Shown piece by piece: positions 39,234-53,414 of a stretch of 64,000 bases of DNA. The notes below the pieces were generated by a model. That model had not been told where the DNA came from. It did no database searches and saw nothing but the letters and a program-made list of their open reading frames with translations. This stretch comes from Eledone cirrhosa (Eukaryota), in contig OZ024742.1 of NCBI GenBank assembly GCA_964016885.1, positions 237,150,001 through 237,214,000 of the forward strand, written 5' to 3'. The translations under genes and the position numbers were made by a program. Positions within the stretch are counted from its first letter, which is position 1. Each line of letters starts with the position of its first letter.

Positions 39234-41203
39234 GATGTGTACACATATACATGTATGTGTTTGTGTGCATATTCATGCATGTATGCATGTGTCCACACAT
39301 TCACACAAACACTTCCACCAACAACACACTTAACATCCACATGTGCACATATGCATCATAATATGCATCCCATTTACAAACAACTGCCAACTACACATCT
39401 GCACCCCTCACCTCAACCCCCACACCCACATGCTGGACTACTCCCTCTCCTATTACTACTCCTCCTCCCTTTTCTTTTTATTTTCTTTCTAATTTTTTTT
39501 TTTAACACTTTTCCTTTTGTATTCTGTCTTTTCCTACACTCTGAATGCTGTTTTTCCTGATGAAGGGTAAATGCCTGATATGTTGACTGTAATTCACTCT
39601 CTCTTAAGCTTGAAACTAATACCACTTTATGTTAATGCATACTCTTGTTTGTTCATTTTTTGTTTTCTTAATATATATGTATATATATATATATATATAA
39701 TGAAAAACAATGTAATCTCTGATCAAGACGAGGTGAGAGTATATTTGAGTACATATAAAATTAAGAAAACTCCTTGTTAGAACAGCTGTTACAACAGCTA
39801 AATGCTGTGAAAGACAGCGATGGGGAAAAAATGCCTCAGAGGACAGCAGCAGCAGCCAGTGGCCAACAGAGAGACAATCCACAAGGTGGGTGACAGGCAG
39901 ATGAAATATAGAAAAGATTGAAAGAGGAGGAGGAAAAGGAGAAGTGTGTTGGTGCATAGAAGTGACTGGAAGAAGGAAACAAAGAAAGGCAATGTACAAG
40001 ACAAGTTTACACATTCACCCTCATCAGCTCTCAAACCAACAAAATGGTTTGCAACTATTTTATATATATATATATATATATACTCTGGACAGTAATGTAT
40101 TAACATACCACTCAATTGAGTGCTTTGTGATTGCCTCAAGCAACCCTATTAGTACTTATGGCAGCTACAATTTCGATTCATACTTAATATAATTTTATTC
40201 TCCTGGATTCATGTATGCAATCGATAATTGTTCAGTTATTTTTGCTTACAAACACTAGTTGAGAGCTTTTGTCGTGAGGTGGTGAAAATCCTTTCGTTTT
40301 CACACCCTGTAAACAACTGCCAAAACTTCCTCCTTTGAAATAGGTCATGTGACAACACAGGTAGGATTACTACTATGGCAAAAATGCCTCTGTCTTGAGA
40401 CTAAAGTTTGCTACAAGGAACAAAGCCTGCCGATAAAGGGATCTCTGGTTCCATTGTGGAGGAGCACACATGTATTGCATGGCCATGTAACTTGTTATAT
40501 AACTTCCAGGAGTCCCAGAAACCTATCTGAGATTTTCATCAATTATATCAATTTTAATCAACAAGAGACGGTTCAGGCTAGTTTTCAACCTTTATGTATT
40601 TATCGTTGTTGTGGTAGATGTATGGCCACTGTCTTTCATCGTTTTTCTTGTCACGCTTTTTAAGTGTTGTATATATTCTGGATGGTAATGTATTAACATA
40701 CCGCTCTATTGAGTGCTTTCTGATTGCCTCAAACAACTCGATTAGTACCTGCTGTATGGCAGCTACAACTTCGATTAATACTTAATATAATGTATGTATG
40801 TGTGTATGTATGTATGTATGTGTGTATGTATGTATGTGTGTGTAATGAGCATCCTAAATGCAAAAAATAACTGTAATGATAGTTGATCACTATAGATAAT
40901 GATTGAGAAAATTATATTTCAAATATACACAACAGAAATAAAAACAAATATAACACAATAAGCATTTTAAAGCTATTTTCCTTACTAAATCAGGTGTTAA
41001 CACTGCAGACTCCATCATAGGGTCCTTTTTGAGGTAATGTTTTATAGTCAGATGCTCTTCCTGGCACCAAACACTTTAGTCATGTTTTACGACATACAGG
41101 GGCAAGGTGTATCTGTTTTAAGTGGGATATACACAGCACATTATATATATTTACATACAACATAAAAGAAAATATTTTAATTATCTTTAAAATTTCTACT
41201 TAC

Positions 41204-41276
41204 TTCAGTATTGCTTTCTGCTCAATTAATTCTGTACACAGCAGATTGGAATGGATGCCTAAATTGCCACAAACAC
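41204..41276 (-). CDS. STK36: STK36-like exon
   Basis: atag|GT GTT TGT GGC AAT TTA...CTG AA|gtaagt. Encodes (S)VCGNLGIHSNLLCTELIEQKAIL(N), resembling STK36 'SALGNLG'; 73 bp, phase 1 to phase 2. Confidence 0.88.
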
Positions 41277-41681
41277 CTATATTAAGAGTGGAAATAAAAA
41301 AGAAAACATGAATATATATATACATACATACATATATATGTATATACGTTAAATGATGATACATATACGCGCGAGATACGGTCTCCCGACCATTCTCGCA
41401 TCAAGTGGAACAAAACTATCTAACCCAAGCTAGCGTAGAAGATGGACGATAAACGATGATGATGATGGTGATGATGATATATATATAAAGAACAAAGAGA
41501 GTGTGGCAAGATACCAGGTGGACCATAACGCACCAGAGTACTTAATACTTAGGGTAGTAGAGTGGGTAATAGGAAAAGAGTCAGGACGCCGATGGCTGAG
41601 CTCCGGCCATTTCGACAGCTAGATCCAAACAGTTCAGATCTAGCTGTCGAAATGGCCGGAGCTCAGCCGTCGGGGTCCTAA

Positions 41682-41759
<78 letters not shown>

Positions 41760-41767
<8 letters not shown>

Positions 41768-42805
41768 ACTTTGGGACAGTCATACTGCCAGTAAAAAACA
41801 CACACCCCTGTTGGTTTTCACTTCAATTTATTACAAATTTCTGGTTGATTGGTTTATTTACATGTCACTAGTCGATTGCTTGTTCTATCTGTGTGCGTCT
41901 GGTTTGTTCCTTAATTACTAGTTGCGATGTTGTTGCTATTCCACTTACGTTTTCAGTTTAATTTTGGTTGGAGTTCATTTATGTTTGTTGCTTCTATAAT
42001 CTGTCAGAGTATTGTGTCTTTTCTGTATGTGGATATCATTTTTATCTCTATGTTCGATTTTGGCATGTTGGTCGAGTGCTGATGAGTTCTTTGCCTCTAG
42101 GAGTTCTCATCAGTATTCATTTATCCTTTCTCCTATGCTAAAGGCTGTCTCACCTATGTAAGTTGTTTTCTTATTCCTCTTATGCTATATATTATGTCCC
42201 TAGTTTTGCAGTTAATTTGTGGGCTTAATTTGCAGACTATACATTTCCTATCAGTGCAGGGTTTTTTTTTTCAAAAGGATATATTCTACTAATTAGGGTT
42301 TTTATGGGAACACCTGATCTTTCAGCTATCTTAATATTTAATTTTAGTTTGTCTAGAGCCCTTCTAAATCTGTAAGCTAGTTCGCCCCAGGGCGTTGCAT
42401 TGACGGACATTACACTCCGGTATTTATTGCTATCATACCATGAGTTGGTTTTATTGGTCTTTTTAATTCTTTCTATCTTATTCCAAAATTTGCTCCTATA
42501 CATGGGGCAAATCCCATTTGCATCATTTTCTACTACCTTTTTTCCATTTGGTCTTCGCTCCTTTATATACCCTGTTGTTTCTCTGATTGTCACCAGACAA
42601 CTGCATGCAATGGATGAAGTGTTGTATGTGTCCTTCTAATTCTTTAGGACTGCACATGTGGGACATATTCCTCATCACTCTTACTAAATCCGCAATCAGT
42701 ATATTAACTTTCATGTTATCCGAAACGGCTGAATTTCGGTGGATCAGGTGCTTGGAGATCATGGGTTTGGCATAATGTGAATGGAGGATTTGTGTCCTAT
42801 TATTA
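41760..42805 (-). mobile_element. Decayed Penelope-like element (RT thumb, linker, GIY-YIG remnant)
   Basis: LIHRNSAVSDNMKVNILIADLVRVMRN, TPWGELA and TYIGETA. The 3' region resembles 1860-1960. Confidence 0.8.
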
Positions 42806-43289
42806 ATAGGTGGATTGGCAGTATCAGTAGAGGGTCGGATGTCATGCTTTGTAGTATAGAGTTATGGCTCTTTATGATCTGAGTTCAAATCCCGCCAAAG
42901 TTAACTTTGCCTTTCATCCTTAGGGGGTCGATAAAATAAAGCACTGGGGTAATTGCTGGAAATTTCATTTGCATATAGTAAATAGAAGACATCAGTTGGA
43001 AATGCTCATTTGAATATAGATTTTCAAAGAAATTCTTTAAATCCATCAGCTAATGACCTCCACCCATCCCAATCACCACCTTCCCCTACCACTAGAAAAT
43101 GTATGAATACCACCATATCCAATGACAGTCGACTTTCTGATGATTTCCTTCAAATGAAACAGTTCTAGTCATGTAGAAGCCATTTCTATATTAAACATTT
43201 ATACTCTGTTATGTATTGAGTATCTTACTTACTGTGGTTACCCCCGATTGAACCCGGAATACACATATATATATATAACCAAAGATTAA

Positions 43290-43640
43290 TAAGGTTCATT
43301 GATTACTCAATGAATACAGTTTTACAATAGATTAAAAGCATTCAACAGTGGATTTTCCTGGAATTTTTAATATTATTCAAAATATTTATAAATGAAGATA
43401 TTCACATAATCAAAATATATGCTTTATTATATATATTTCGAAGGTACTGTGTTGTTTTTTCAGTATGTTCCAATACTGGAATTGAAATATCAAGACCGTA
43501 GAGGTATGTCATTATCAAATCATATATTTTATCTGACGAGGACGTACTGAAAAAACAACACAATACCTTTGAAATATATATAATAAAGCATATATTTTGA
43601 TTATTTGAATATCTTCATTTGCTAATATTTTGAATAATAT
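43290..43640. mobile_element. Fold-back hammerhead-bearing element
   Basis: Arms about 43373-43470 / 43540-43640. At 43528-43587: tttat CTGACGA ggacgtactg...caataccttt GAAA t atat ATA ataaa. Confidence 0.7.
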
Positions 43641-44005
43641 ATATACATATACATATATAACCATAAAATAAAAGTATAATTAAGAGAAGTTCAAAATTAA
43701 CCCTTTTGATACCAAACTCCTGAAACTGGACCTGGTTCTCTCGTACAAAACTGCTTGTTTTAAAATGTTCATAATTATCTTAAAACCTTCATCATAATTT
43801 CATTTAAGAATTGTTTTTGTTAAATAATGTTCCAGACATCAATTACTAATGAAAAGTTAACTAATTTACTGAATTTCTCAAAAGTTTTCATTATTTTCAA
43901 AATTAATTGAAATATATGTATGTATGTGTCCATGTCTTTTTTATGTCTGCTGTTTGTTTATATCAGGAAATATAATATGAAATGATCGAAATATTTAATA
44001 CTTAC

Positions 44006-44135
44006 TGGCAGCATGTGATCTGGTTTTATGAATGGGGTCTTTCAGTAACTGAGTAATTATTGGTATGTATGGTATAAGGGTTTCATAAAGAATATCATTA
44101 TGAAAAACTGCATTACCAACTGCATATGATGCACT
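44006..44135 (-). CDS. STK36: STK36-like exon (ARM/HEAT repeat)
   Basis: ttgcag|AGT GCA TCA...GCC A|gtaagt. Encodes SASYAVGNAVFHNDILYETLIPYIPIITQLLKDPIHKTRSHAA; 130 bp, ends phase 1. Confidence 0.9.
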
Positions 44136-44219
44136 CTGCAATATGTATAGATTAGACATGACTGTGATTAAATATATATGTAGAGAATGAATGAGAAAAG
44201 AAACTACCCCTAACACACC

Positions 44220-45335
44220 CAACAGAATGGCCAGCCATTGAAGTTGACAGTTATAGCCTTATAGAAGCAACCAAAGAAATGAAAAATGGTAAAGTTGCAG
44301 GACCATCAGAGATAGCTGTTGAGATGCTAAAAGCATCAGAAGTAGGAGTCAAACTAATAACCCACATAGTCAAGCAGGTAACACAGGACAGTGTCATAGC
44401 CAATGACTGGTACAGCAGTACAATAATAAATTGCTACAAGGGCAATGTTGATGCCCAAGAAATGAGCAACTCTTTAGAAAAAGTCAAACTAGATGAGATG
44501 CAGAGAAGTTCTTAGCCAAAAATAACCCAGTATATTTAGCTTTCGTTGACCTAAAAAAAGCATTTGACAGATACCCTGATCTATTATCTGGTGGTCCTTA
44601 AGGAAATTAGGTGTAGAAGAACGGCTTATGAGAGCAGTGCAAGTCATGTACAGAGGAGCAAAGTGAGAGTAGGAAATGAGTTTAGTGAGGAATTCAAGGT
44701 ACAAGTAGGAGTTCATCAAGATTCAGTTCTTATCTCACTACTATTCATTATAGCCCTCCAGGCTATAACAGAGGAGTTTAAGACCGGCTGTTCATGGGAA
44801 CTTCTCTATGCAGAAGATCTGGTCCTTATAGCCAAATCCATAAATGATCTAGAAAATAAATTCCGATGATGGAAACAGAATTTAGAATCAAAAGACCTGA
44901 GAGTAAACTTAATCAAAACTAAAGTGCTAGTGAGTAGGAGAGAAGATAGGACTCTGATTCCTTCAGGGAAGTGGCCCTGCTCAATATGTAGAAAGGGAGT
45001 TGGCATAAACTCCATACAGTGTACATGATGTACATCTATCTAACACAAGAGATGTAGTGGGATAATGGATAGACTAACAGGAAGGGAACACTTTGTTTGT
45101 AGAAGATGTATGTGGGTAACCGAAGGGGAAGATAGTCAGTGATGTAAGCCTATTCCAGTCAATGGAAGGGCCCATAGAAGTGGTTGGTAGCTTTTGCTAT
45201 CTAGGCAACATAATTAACAATGGAGGAGGGTGCTCTGAGAGCATAATAGCTAGAATAAGGATAAGATGGAAAAAGTTCAGAGAGCTACTCCCACTGTTGA
45301 CCACAAAAAGTTTCTCCCTGCATACAAAAGGAAAG
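44220..45335 (+). mobile_element. Decayed RTE LINE fragment
   Basis: MKNGKVAGPSEI, GVHQDSVLISLLF, LLYAEDL, WPCSICRKGVG and FCYLG. Confidence 0.88.
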
Positions 45336-45544
45336 CTCCCAGCACATCATATTGTTAAAACAGAATGACTTGTAATAGTTAGGACCTTATAAGAAGTGTA
45401 GAGATGTAGATGAGAAAAGGAGTAGACATAAACGAGAAAGATATAAAAAAGCAGTAAGTGTATACAGAGAGTTCATAGCAAAGATTATAAATTGTTGTTG
45501 ATGTGTGGCAGATGGACTTTCTTGTTGGGCGTGATAAGTCAGAG

Positions 45545-48500
45545 TTGACAGGTGAATGTTTACTCTATGGATATCACAACTTATAATAACTTTATTTGCA
45601 AAGAATTACATAGGAAATACAGGAACACAACCAATGCAACCCTAATGGATATTAACAACGATGGATTACGTATAGTGAAAAAATTGTACCTAGCCAACAG
45701 AACTGAACCCTTTACCCCTAGGAGCACCACATTCAACTTAAAAAACCACAAAGGCAATTTCGTATCAAACTAATCCATTACACTAATATGTCCATCAAAA
45801 TCAGACATAGGAAAAATAAGGAAACACATCCAAGATAGTATTAATTTTAGACTAATAACACTGTGTAACATATATTTTGTTCCCCAGTTCTAAGTGTCAT
45901 TTCCTGGTTTGTTATATCCCATTATTATCAAAAAACACTATTATTTAATCAGAAGTTTGGGTTTGTGGTCAAGAGTTTGATATTTCGAAATTTTTATATT
46001 TTTCAAGAAAAAACACATGTTTTTTTAATTTATCAGTTCATATAATTAAATCAACAGAGTATATATTTATTTTATTACACAAGCTTATCAAAAGCAAACA
46101 AGTAAAAACAAATAACACTTATAAAGCAACTTATACACGTCAGAAATGACTGGATTTCCTGGATTTGCGGTTGTAGTCCAGGTCGCATTCCCGCACTAGC
46201 CCCCAGATATAGTCCCCCATTATTTTTTCATTGTAGTGGCCCTGGTACCTCCGCTCTATCTCTTTCACATCTTGGTGGAATCATTCACCTTGTTCTTCTG
46301 AGTAGGCGCCCATATTGTCCTTGAATTTTTCCAGGTGAGCGTCCAGCATATGGAGTTTAAGCGACATCCTGCATCCATTGGCGCCAAAAGCCTTTATCAG
46401 ATCCTGCACCAGTTGCTGGTAGTTTTCAGCTCTGTAGTTGCCCAGGAAGCCCTTAACAACTGCCTTGAAACAGTTCCATGCTGTTCTCTCAATCCTATTG
46501 AGCTTATTGGAGAACTCGGTAGATTCAAACACCTTCTTTATCTGAGGTCCAACAAAAATTCCACCTTTGATTTTGGCCTCAGATAACTTGGGGAAGAACT
46601 CAAGAAGGTACTTAAAAGTGGCTGATTCTTGGTTGAGAGCCTTCACAAACTGCTTTATCAACCCCAACTTAATGTGCAGTGGCGGCATGAGCACAATCCT
46701 GGGATCAACCAGTGGCTCCCACATGACGTTCCGGGTCCCAACTACAAATTCTGTTCGCTGCTCCCAGTTCTTTCTTTTGTAGTGGTCAGAGGTGGCTCTG
46801 CTGTCCCAAAGGCAGAGGAAGCATTGGAATTTGATAAAGCCTCCTTGGAGTCCAGGCAGGAAAGCCACCATCTTGAAGTCTCCAATGATTTCTCAATTGT
46901 ACTGGTTGTATTACAGAGATTCCAAGTGGACTTTCACACTGTAGTAATCTTCCTTCAGGCAGACTGAATGAGCTAGGGGCAGTGTCGAGAACCTGTTTCC
47001 ATTGTGGAGGAGGACAGCCTTCAAACTTGTGGTGGAGCTGTCTATAAATAGCCGCCACTCCTTGGGCACAAACAGCACCCCAATAACGTCAAACAGTCCA
47101 GGCATGTCATGGCAGAAGCAGAGGCCATCCCTAAGAGTGTAAAAGCCTAAGAAAGGTTCATGTCGACTTCTTTGACTTGTCACCTGCACTTCCTCCTTGA
47201 CCAAGTTCCACTGCTTCATCCTGGAGACAAATGCTTAAAACACAACTTACCCTTTATTCAGGGTGCGAAAATCCAGTATCAATAAATCTCTTTAATCCAC
47301 TTTTTAACAATTTTATACTTTATTGCACTTTTATAATTTTCTTCAGGTATTACTCTTTATTTTATAATTTTAATTTAACCTGAAACATATATAAAAATAT
47401 CATTTAACATAAGCAAATTAAACTTACATACAACGTAAAATCCAGCATACAAATAATTCTAGTGAATAGCTTAGAATTTTTACAGACCCAAACTTTTAAC
47501 TGTTTAATAGCACTTTTTTATTTATTTGGGACCTAAGCAACACAAAAAAAGTGATTACAAGCCAGGAACAGAGAAAAAATTTTTTTTGGTTACACGGTGT
47601 AATCAAACAGTGGAGTAACACTACGGAAGGAGTTAACTGGTTTAGTAAATTGGATAGTAAAGAGGTCTCTAAGTTTATACAGTTTGATATAAACAATTAT
47701 TATTCATCTATAACTCATTCCCTAAATAAGGCAATTGCTTTCCCTAGAAAAAACTCTGCCCTAACTCTGGAAGAAATTAAGATAGTGATAGCAGCTAGGT
47801 GAACCATTATTGAATTCAAGGACAAGTATTGAGAACAAAGTGATATAGAACACAACCTCAATATCACTATGGGCTCCAGTGACTCGGCATAGGTTACCGA
47901 CGTAGTCAGAATTTACATAACCCATAATATCCATAGGGTATTTGATAACCTCCAAGGAGGAATTTATAGAGACAAAACCATTCTACTAGTCAAAAACACA
48001 AATAATCAAAATTTAGAAAGAATACAGAAGGGGATCAGATTTTTCTTCAGTAGAATAGGCCTAGAAATAACATCCGAGCATAACTTCAAGAAGACTAACT
48101 TCTTGAATGTGACACTTAATCTAAACACTGGACTAATAGAATCCTTCCATAAGAATAACAAGAACCTAGCATACATTAGCCATCAATCCAACCACCCCCA
48201 TTCTATAATCAAATCAATAGCATGCAACGTCTCTTAGAATCTTCTGCCTAACATCCTCCCTAGAAATATTTAACGAGCATGCCAATTATTACAATAGTGC
48301 ATTATGTAAGGCTGAACATAATGGTAAACTGGAATATATAAGCAAAAGCAAGATGATTAGACACACACCACACTGCAGGACCAGACCCCACAATAACTCT
48401 AGGGTTAGCTGTAGTAAAACCTACCACATAAAACACAACAATTGTAGTGATAAGCTTCAACATGTAATCGAAAATGAGACTAGTATACGTACTCTACCCC

Positions 48501-49465
48501 CTAGAACTAGATGTAACAAAAACTCTAAGAATAGCCATAGTAACACTCACACTACTGAAATCAACAGAGTAGACAACAAGATAATAGGATCTTATATCAC
48601 CCCTGCCCCGTGTGCAAACCCTACACACCGGTGCCTCAAAAAAATGTAGAAGTAGAACAGACCTTTGGTATAATCCTGTCTTTAACTCTGTAATTAAGAC
48701 CAATCTACCCCTAGTTTTTTTTTTCAATCTAATAGATAAGCATTTCCCTAAATCACACAAATACAACATTTTTAATAGGAAAACCATCAGATTATCGTTT
48801 TCAACCATGATGAATCTTGATGCGTAAATAATGAGGCTCAACAAAAACAGTATATCCAAGCATAATAATACACAAGATCCTAACGTAGATTCTTACAACA
48901 AAAGCAACACACTAGTACTCTCACAATTGGCTAACCAACCTAATATTACAAACCAGCATGGCATAATCAAATCTTCACCACAACCTAATCCAATTCATAC
49001 TGCATATAGTAGCCTAGAACCCTTACATAGAAAAATGGTCAATTGTAACAGCCCCCAACCAGATAGATGCCCCTACAAAACAAATGCCTAGACAGTAGCT
49101 TAGTATTTTTATGTAGTATTAGTACTAGCAAATGTATATGGAAATATATAGGGTCCACTGCAAAGAATTTCAAGAAACATTAGTATGTACATAGACACTT
49201 ATAAGGAATTACAGACTCAAAATCTCAACCACATTAGCTAGCAAAATTTGGGAGTTAGAAGAATGTGGGTCAAAATACCAACTATCTTGGACTAAACTGG
49301 GCACAGCCAATACATACAATCAAAGTACAAATGCTTGTAACCTATGTAATCCTGAGTTATATTACATGATTATAGGGGTCGACCTATCAAATAGCAGGAT
49401 TGAACGTGTCTACATCTGTAGACATAAAATCGCAAATGCATTCTCCTACTACCAACCGGGATAGC
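45545..49465 (+). mobile_element. Decayed Penelope-like element interrupted by a DNA transposon
   Basis: LKNHKGNF and SDIGKI before the insertion. After it: KQWSNTTEGVNWF, FIQFDINNYYSSI, SNHP, LWYNPVFN, GIY-YIG YIGST and CNLC. Confidence 0.85.
45859..47599 (-). mobile_element. Chapaev3-like (CMC) DNA transposon, internally deleted
   Basis: TAA|CACTGTGTAAC ... GTTACACGGTG|TAA (3-bp TWA TSD, CAC termini). Transposase motifs WRLFIDSS, CFLCLWDSRA, PPLHIKLGL, MSLKLHMLDAH and SEEQGE*FHQD. The family name is from motif recall. Confidence 0.8.
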
Positions 49466-50100
49466 CTAAGATTCGATCCATCTACTATTCTACTGACATA
49501 TATAAATTTTATACTCCTCATTTCCTTAATATACATTTCATGTACACTTTGATGCCATTTAAAATCATTCAGCTAAGTTTTATCGAAAAGTTTATAAAAC
49601 AATGACAATTCCTTTTTTATAAATCTATTAACACCCTCTCACAACTGAGGGAATCAACAAGATTTTAGGACAAATAGCATAAAACAAAACACTTTCAACC
49701 AATGAGTAGCCAGCTCTGTTGACACTGATGTGCCACGCCCAACAAGAAAATCCACTCGCCACAACAAATTATAATCTTTACTATGAACTATCTATATACA
49801 CTTATTGCTTTTCTTTCTTTTTTATATCTTTGTTAAGTCTTTCTCGTTTATGTCTACTCCTTTTCCCATCTACATTCCTACACTTCTTACAAGTCATCAT
49901 TCTGTTTTGACAATACAATGTACTGGGAGCTAAAAAAATCTTTCACCGAATTTGAATTCTATTTTTCCTGATAGATTATTGGGATTAGCGATTACCAGAT
50001 GGGTTTCCTAACACGTCCATGAAACATATATAAATGCTTGAAATAAATCCTATTGAACAGTGTATTGCGAATCTGTGTAAATCTTTTTCGCTCTCTCTCC

Positions 50101-50180
<80 letters not shown>

Positions 50181-50227
50181 CCCTCCATATACTGTACCGA
50201 TTGTGTTGTTATTTCTGTTTACCGTTT

Positions 50228-50331
<104 letters not shown>

Positions 50332-50372
50332 GGAGAATATAACTCAAAGATGGATTCAAGCATCGTTAAGTA

Positions 50373-51227
50373 CGAGGGTGGGCTGAAAAGTTCATAGGCG
50401 ACTATGAAGGAGTAATGCTAGAGCTGTGAAATCTTGCATGCCTTAAATTCAACTCTTTTTTATAATTGCATTGTTTTCTTCCAGTTAAACTGACACCTGA
50501 TTGTTCAAAGAAGACTTCAAAAGTAACTAGTAGTGACTGGACAAAATTTGGTATCGTGGTGTCATCAAGTACCTACAGAAAAAGGGATATTCATGCTGAC
50601 ATAGTTGCTATATTAGGGAATGATGCTTCAGATGTATCAACAGTGCAAAAGTGGGCAGCCGAATCTAGGAGAGGAAGGGACAGTCCTGAAGATGACCCAA
50701 GGTCTGGATGACCTGCAACTGCCACCACCGAGGAAAACATTAATCTTGTTCATCACATGTTTTGGGATGACAGGTGATCTTACTGACTATCTTCAAAAGG
50801 GCCACACCAAGAGTACTATGCCAACTTGTTGAGCCAGTTATGAAAGGCTGTTAAAACCAAACACACAGGAAAACTGACAAAAGGGGTTTTGTTTCATCGG
50901 GACAATACTCCAGTACACAAGTCTTTGCTTTCAATGGCTGCTGTGTGTGACTGGCTTTCAAGTGGTTGATCATCTTCCCTATTCTTCTGATTTGGCCCCA
51001 TCTGATTATGATCTGTTCCCCAACATAAAACACACTTGTCTGGGAACCAATATCTCAAATATCTGCTGTTCATGACTTTTTTTATCAACAGAATGGATCC
51101 AAGCACTGCAACACAGATGGAAGAACTGTGTGGACTGCAAGGGGGACTATGTTGAAAAATAAACTTCATTTGGTCACATTCCATGAGAGTATCTTGGTCA
51201 GCCTATGAACTTTTCAGCTGAACTTCG
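50373..51227 (+). mobile_element. Internally deleted mariner (DD34D-type) element
   Basis: TA|cgagggtgggctgaaaagttcataggc ... gcctatgaacttttcagctgaacttcg|TA. Motifs STVQKWAAE, EDDPRSG, FHRDN and HLPYSSDLAPSDYDLF. Confidence 0.88.
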
Positions 51228-52975
51228 TAGTTAAGAAATTTGCTTTACAATCATGAAGTCCTGGATTGATACTGTAGCCTGACATATTAGGCAAGTGTCT
51301 TTACCAAAACCTCAAATTGACCCAAGAATTGTAAGTGAAATTTTGTAGATGGAAACTGTAGTAATCCATTGTATGACTTGTATCTGTAATTCAAAAGTAT
51401 AGCCTTATCACATATTGTATCACACAGATTTAGCTGCGAGATCAAACCTGGGATCTCATGATTGTGAAGCCAAATTCTTACCCACTAAGCTATGCCTGCA
51501 CCCAATGTATGATACAATGAAGGAAAAATGTACAATATAATACACAAAAGTATTGAGTGATATAATTCAACAGACTATGAAGAATTAAAATGGTGCCAGA
51601 ATCAAAATTGTTCATCTCTGTATTGTGTTATTGCCTAAAGATCAGAGTTGGCAGTAGAGTGCAATAATATTAATTCATATTGAGTCCCTTGTGAGTTCAC
51701 TGTTCTATAGAAGCCACAATAAAACATTAACTAAGACCTATTTGATAAAGAGATTCAGTCAAAAGAAATCACATTCAATTATAGTTTCCAAGTTTATTTC
51801 ATTTTTAACTAAAAAAAATATATATATATATATATATATATTATATACTTAAACTTAAACTAGCAATCAAGGTTTTGAAAAAGTAATAAGATTTATTTTA
51901 AATGTTATTGCTTTATTTTCAATAAACTGAAGTCAAAAGTATTTTTATTTATTTAATAACACTCACACACACATACATGCACATGCAAACACGCACAAGC
52001 ACACACACACCCATACATGCACACGCACACACACACATATATTCCTTTTATGTTGGATGGTTTAACTAATGGGCAGATTAGTCATTTCGATTAGCAGATC
52101 ATGATTCAATAATCAAAAGCACTCAACGTTATGCATATCATCCATCATAGATGTGGTATATTATGGTTGGTGCAGGAATGGAGTTAAATACTTCAATGAA
52201 AATACAACATATTCCTTTATTTCAGAATTACATAATACATATTTCTATGGCTGGTTTACATCAGCAGGCCATGATGTAAAATAATCAGCAGTGTCATCAA
52301 ATGTAATAAACATAAGAGATTTAAAAGATTTAGTTCAGTAATCCGTACTGGTTTACAGCAAAATATTAACAAAGAATTGATATGGAAGTGGCCTGGTTAG
52401 TGATGTGATTACTATGATGGACAGATATATATATATATACACTGTAAATGTGGTTGGTGTTAGGAAGGGCATCCAGCCATAGAAAACCTGCCAGACAGTC
52501 CTATACGAGCGAGACATGGTCTCCCGACCAATCTTGCCTCAAGTGGGACAATTCCCGTCTAAACCCATGCTAGCATGGAAGATAGACGTTAAACGATGAT
52601 GATGATGATATATATATATATGTGTGTGTGTGTGTATTTTGATCCACCTCTCTCCCACACTATACTACTGCACCTTTTAAACGGTGCATACACATACACA
52701 TGTATATAGTCATAGACATACATTTCTACATACCATGACACAAATACACATAAAACACACACCTGATAAACACACATGTGTACACTGATTCACTCAGAAA
52801 CGAATATACTAAGACTGATACACACAAACTGACACACACTACTTGTGTTCTTACCTCTTCTACTCGCTGAGTACATTTTGTTTCTTCTATTTCTTTTTTT
52901 CCCTTCTCTCTATACACCATTGAACTGCTATGTAGAAAACCTTCCTTATATATGAAGCCACACCTTCAATCTCTG

Positions 52976-53007
<32 letters not shown>

Positions 53008-53305
53008 AGTGTGTATTATCATTTACTTGCATAAATGTAAACATTGTTTTTTTTTTCCAACGAACAGACTTACTGGATGATATAAAATAGTGGGAATTGA
53101 ATTCTCCGATAAATCCATTTGTATTAGCTTTTCTAGATCTTGTTCATTTGTAAGTTAGCGAAACGCATGTCAATTGCATAATAAATGTTGATCCTCTAAC
53201 TGTGATGTCGTCATACTCATGTTACTTATTATATATATATATATGGTACCAGGAAAAACTAGGCAGGAAGATGTGGACAGAAGAAGAATTTATTGTGTAT
53301 TCCAT

Positions 53306-53414
53306 CTTTAACATATGTTTCTGTATAATTATGTAACAGTCTACATCCACTGGTTATATTATATAATGTCTATTTATATGCATTACATATCTGGAATTGC
53401 ACTTCATCAGAAAG
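53306..53414 (-). ncRNA. Hammerhead ribozyme motif with very long stem II insert
   Basis: cttt CTGATGA [~82 nt] GAAAC atat GTT aaag. Stem I cttt/aaag, palindromic stem III AACATATGTT. Confidence 0.6.
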
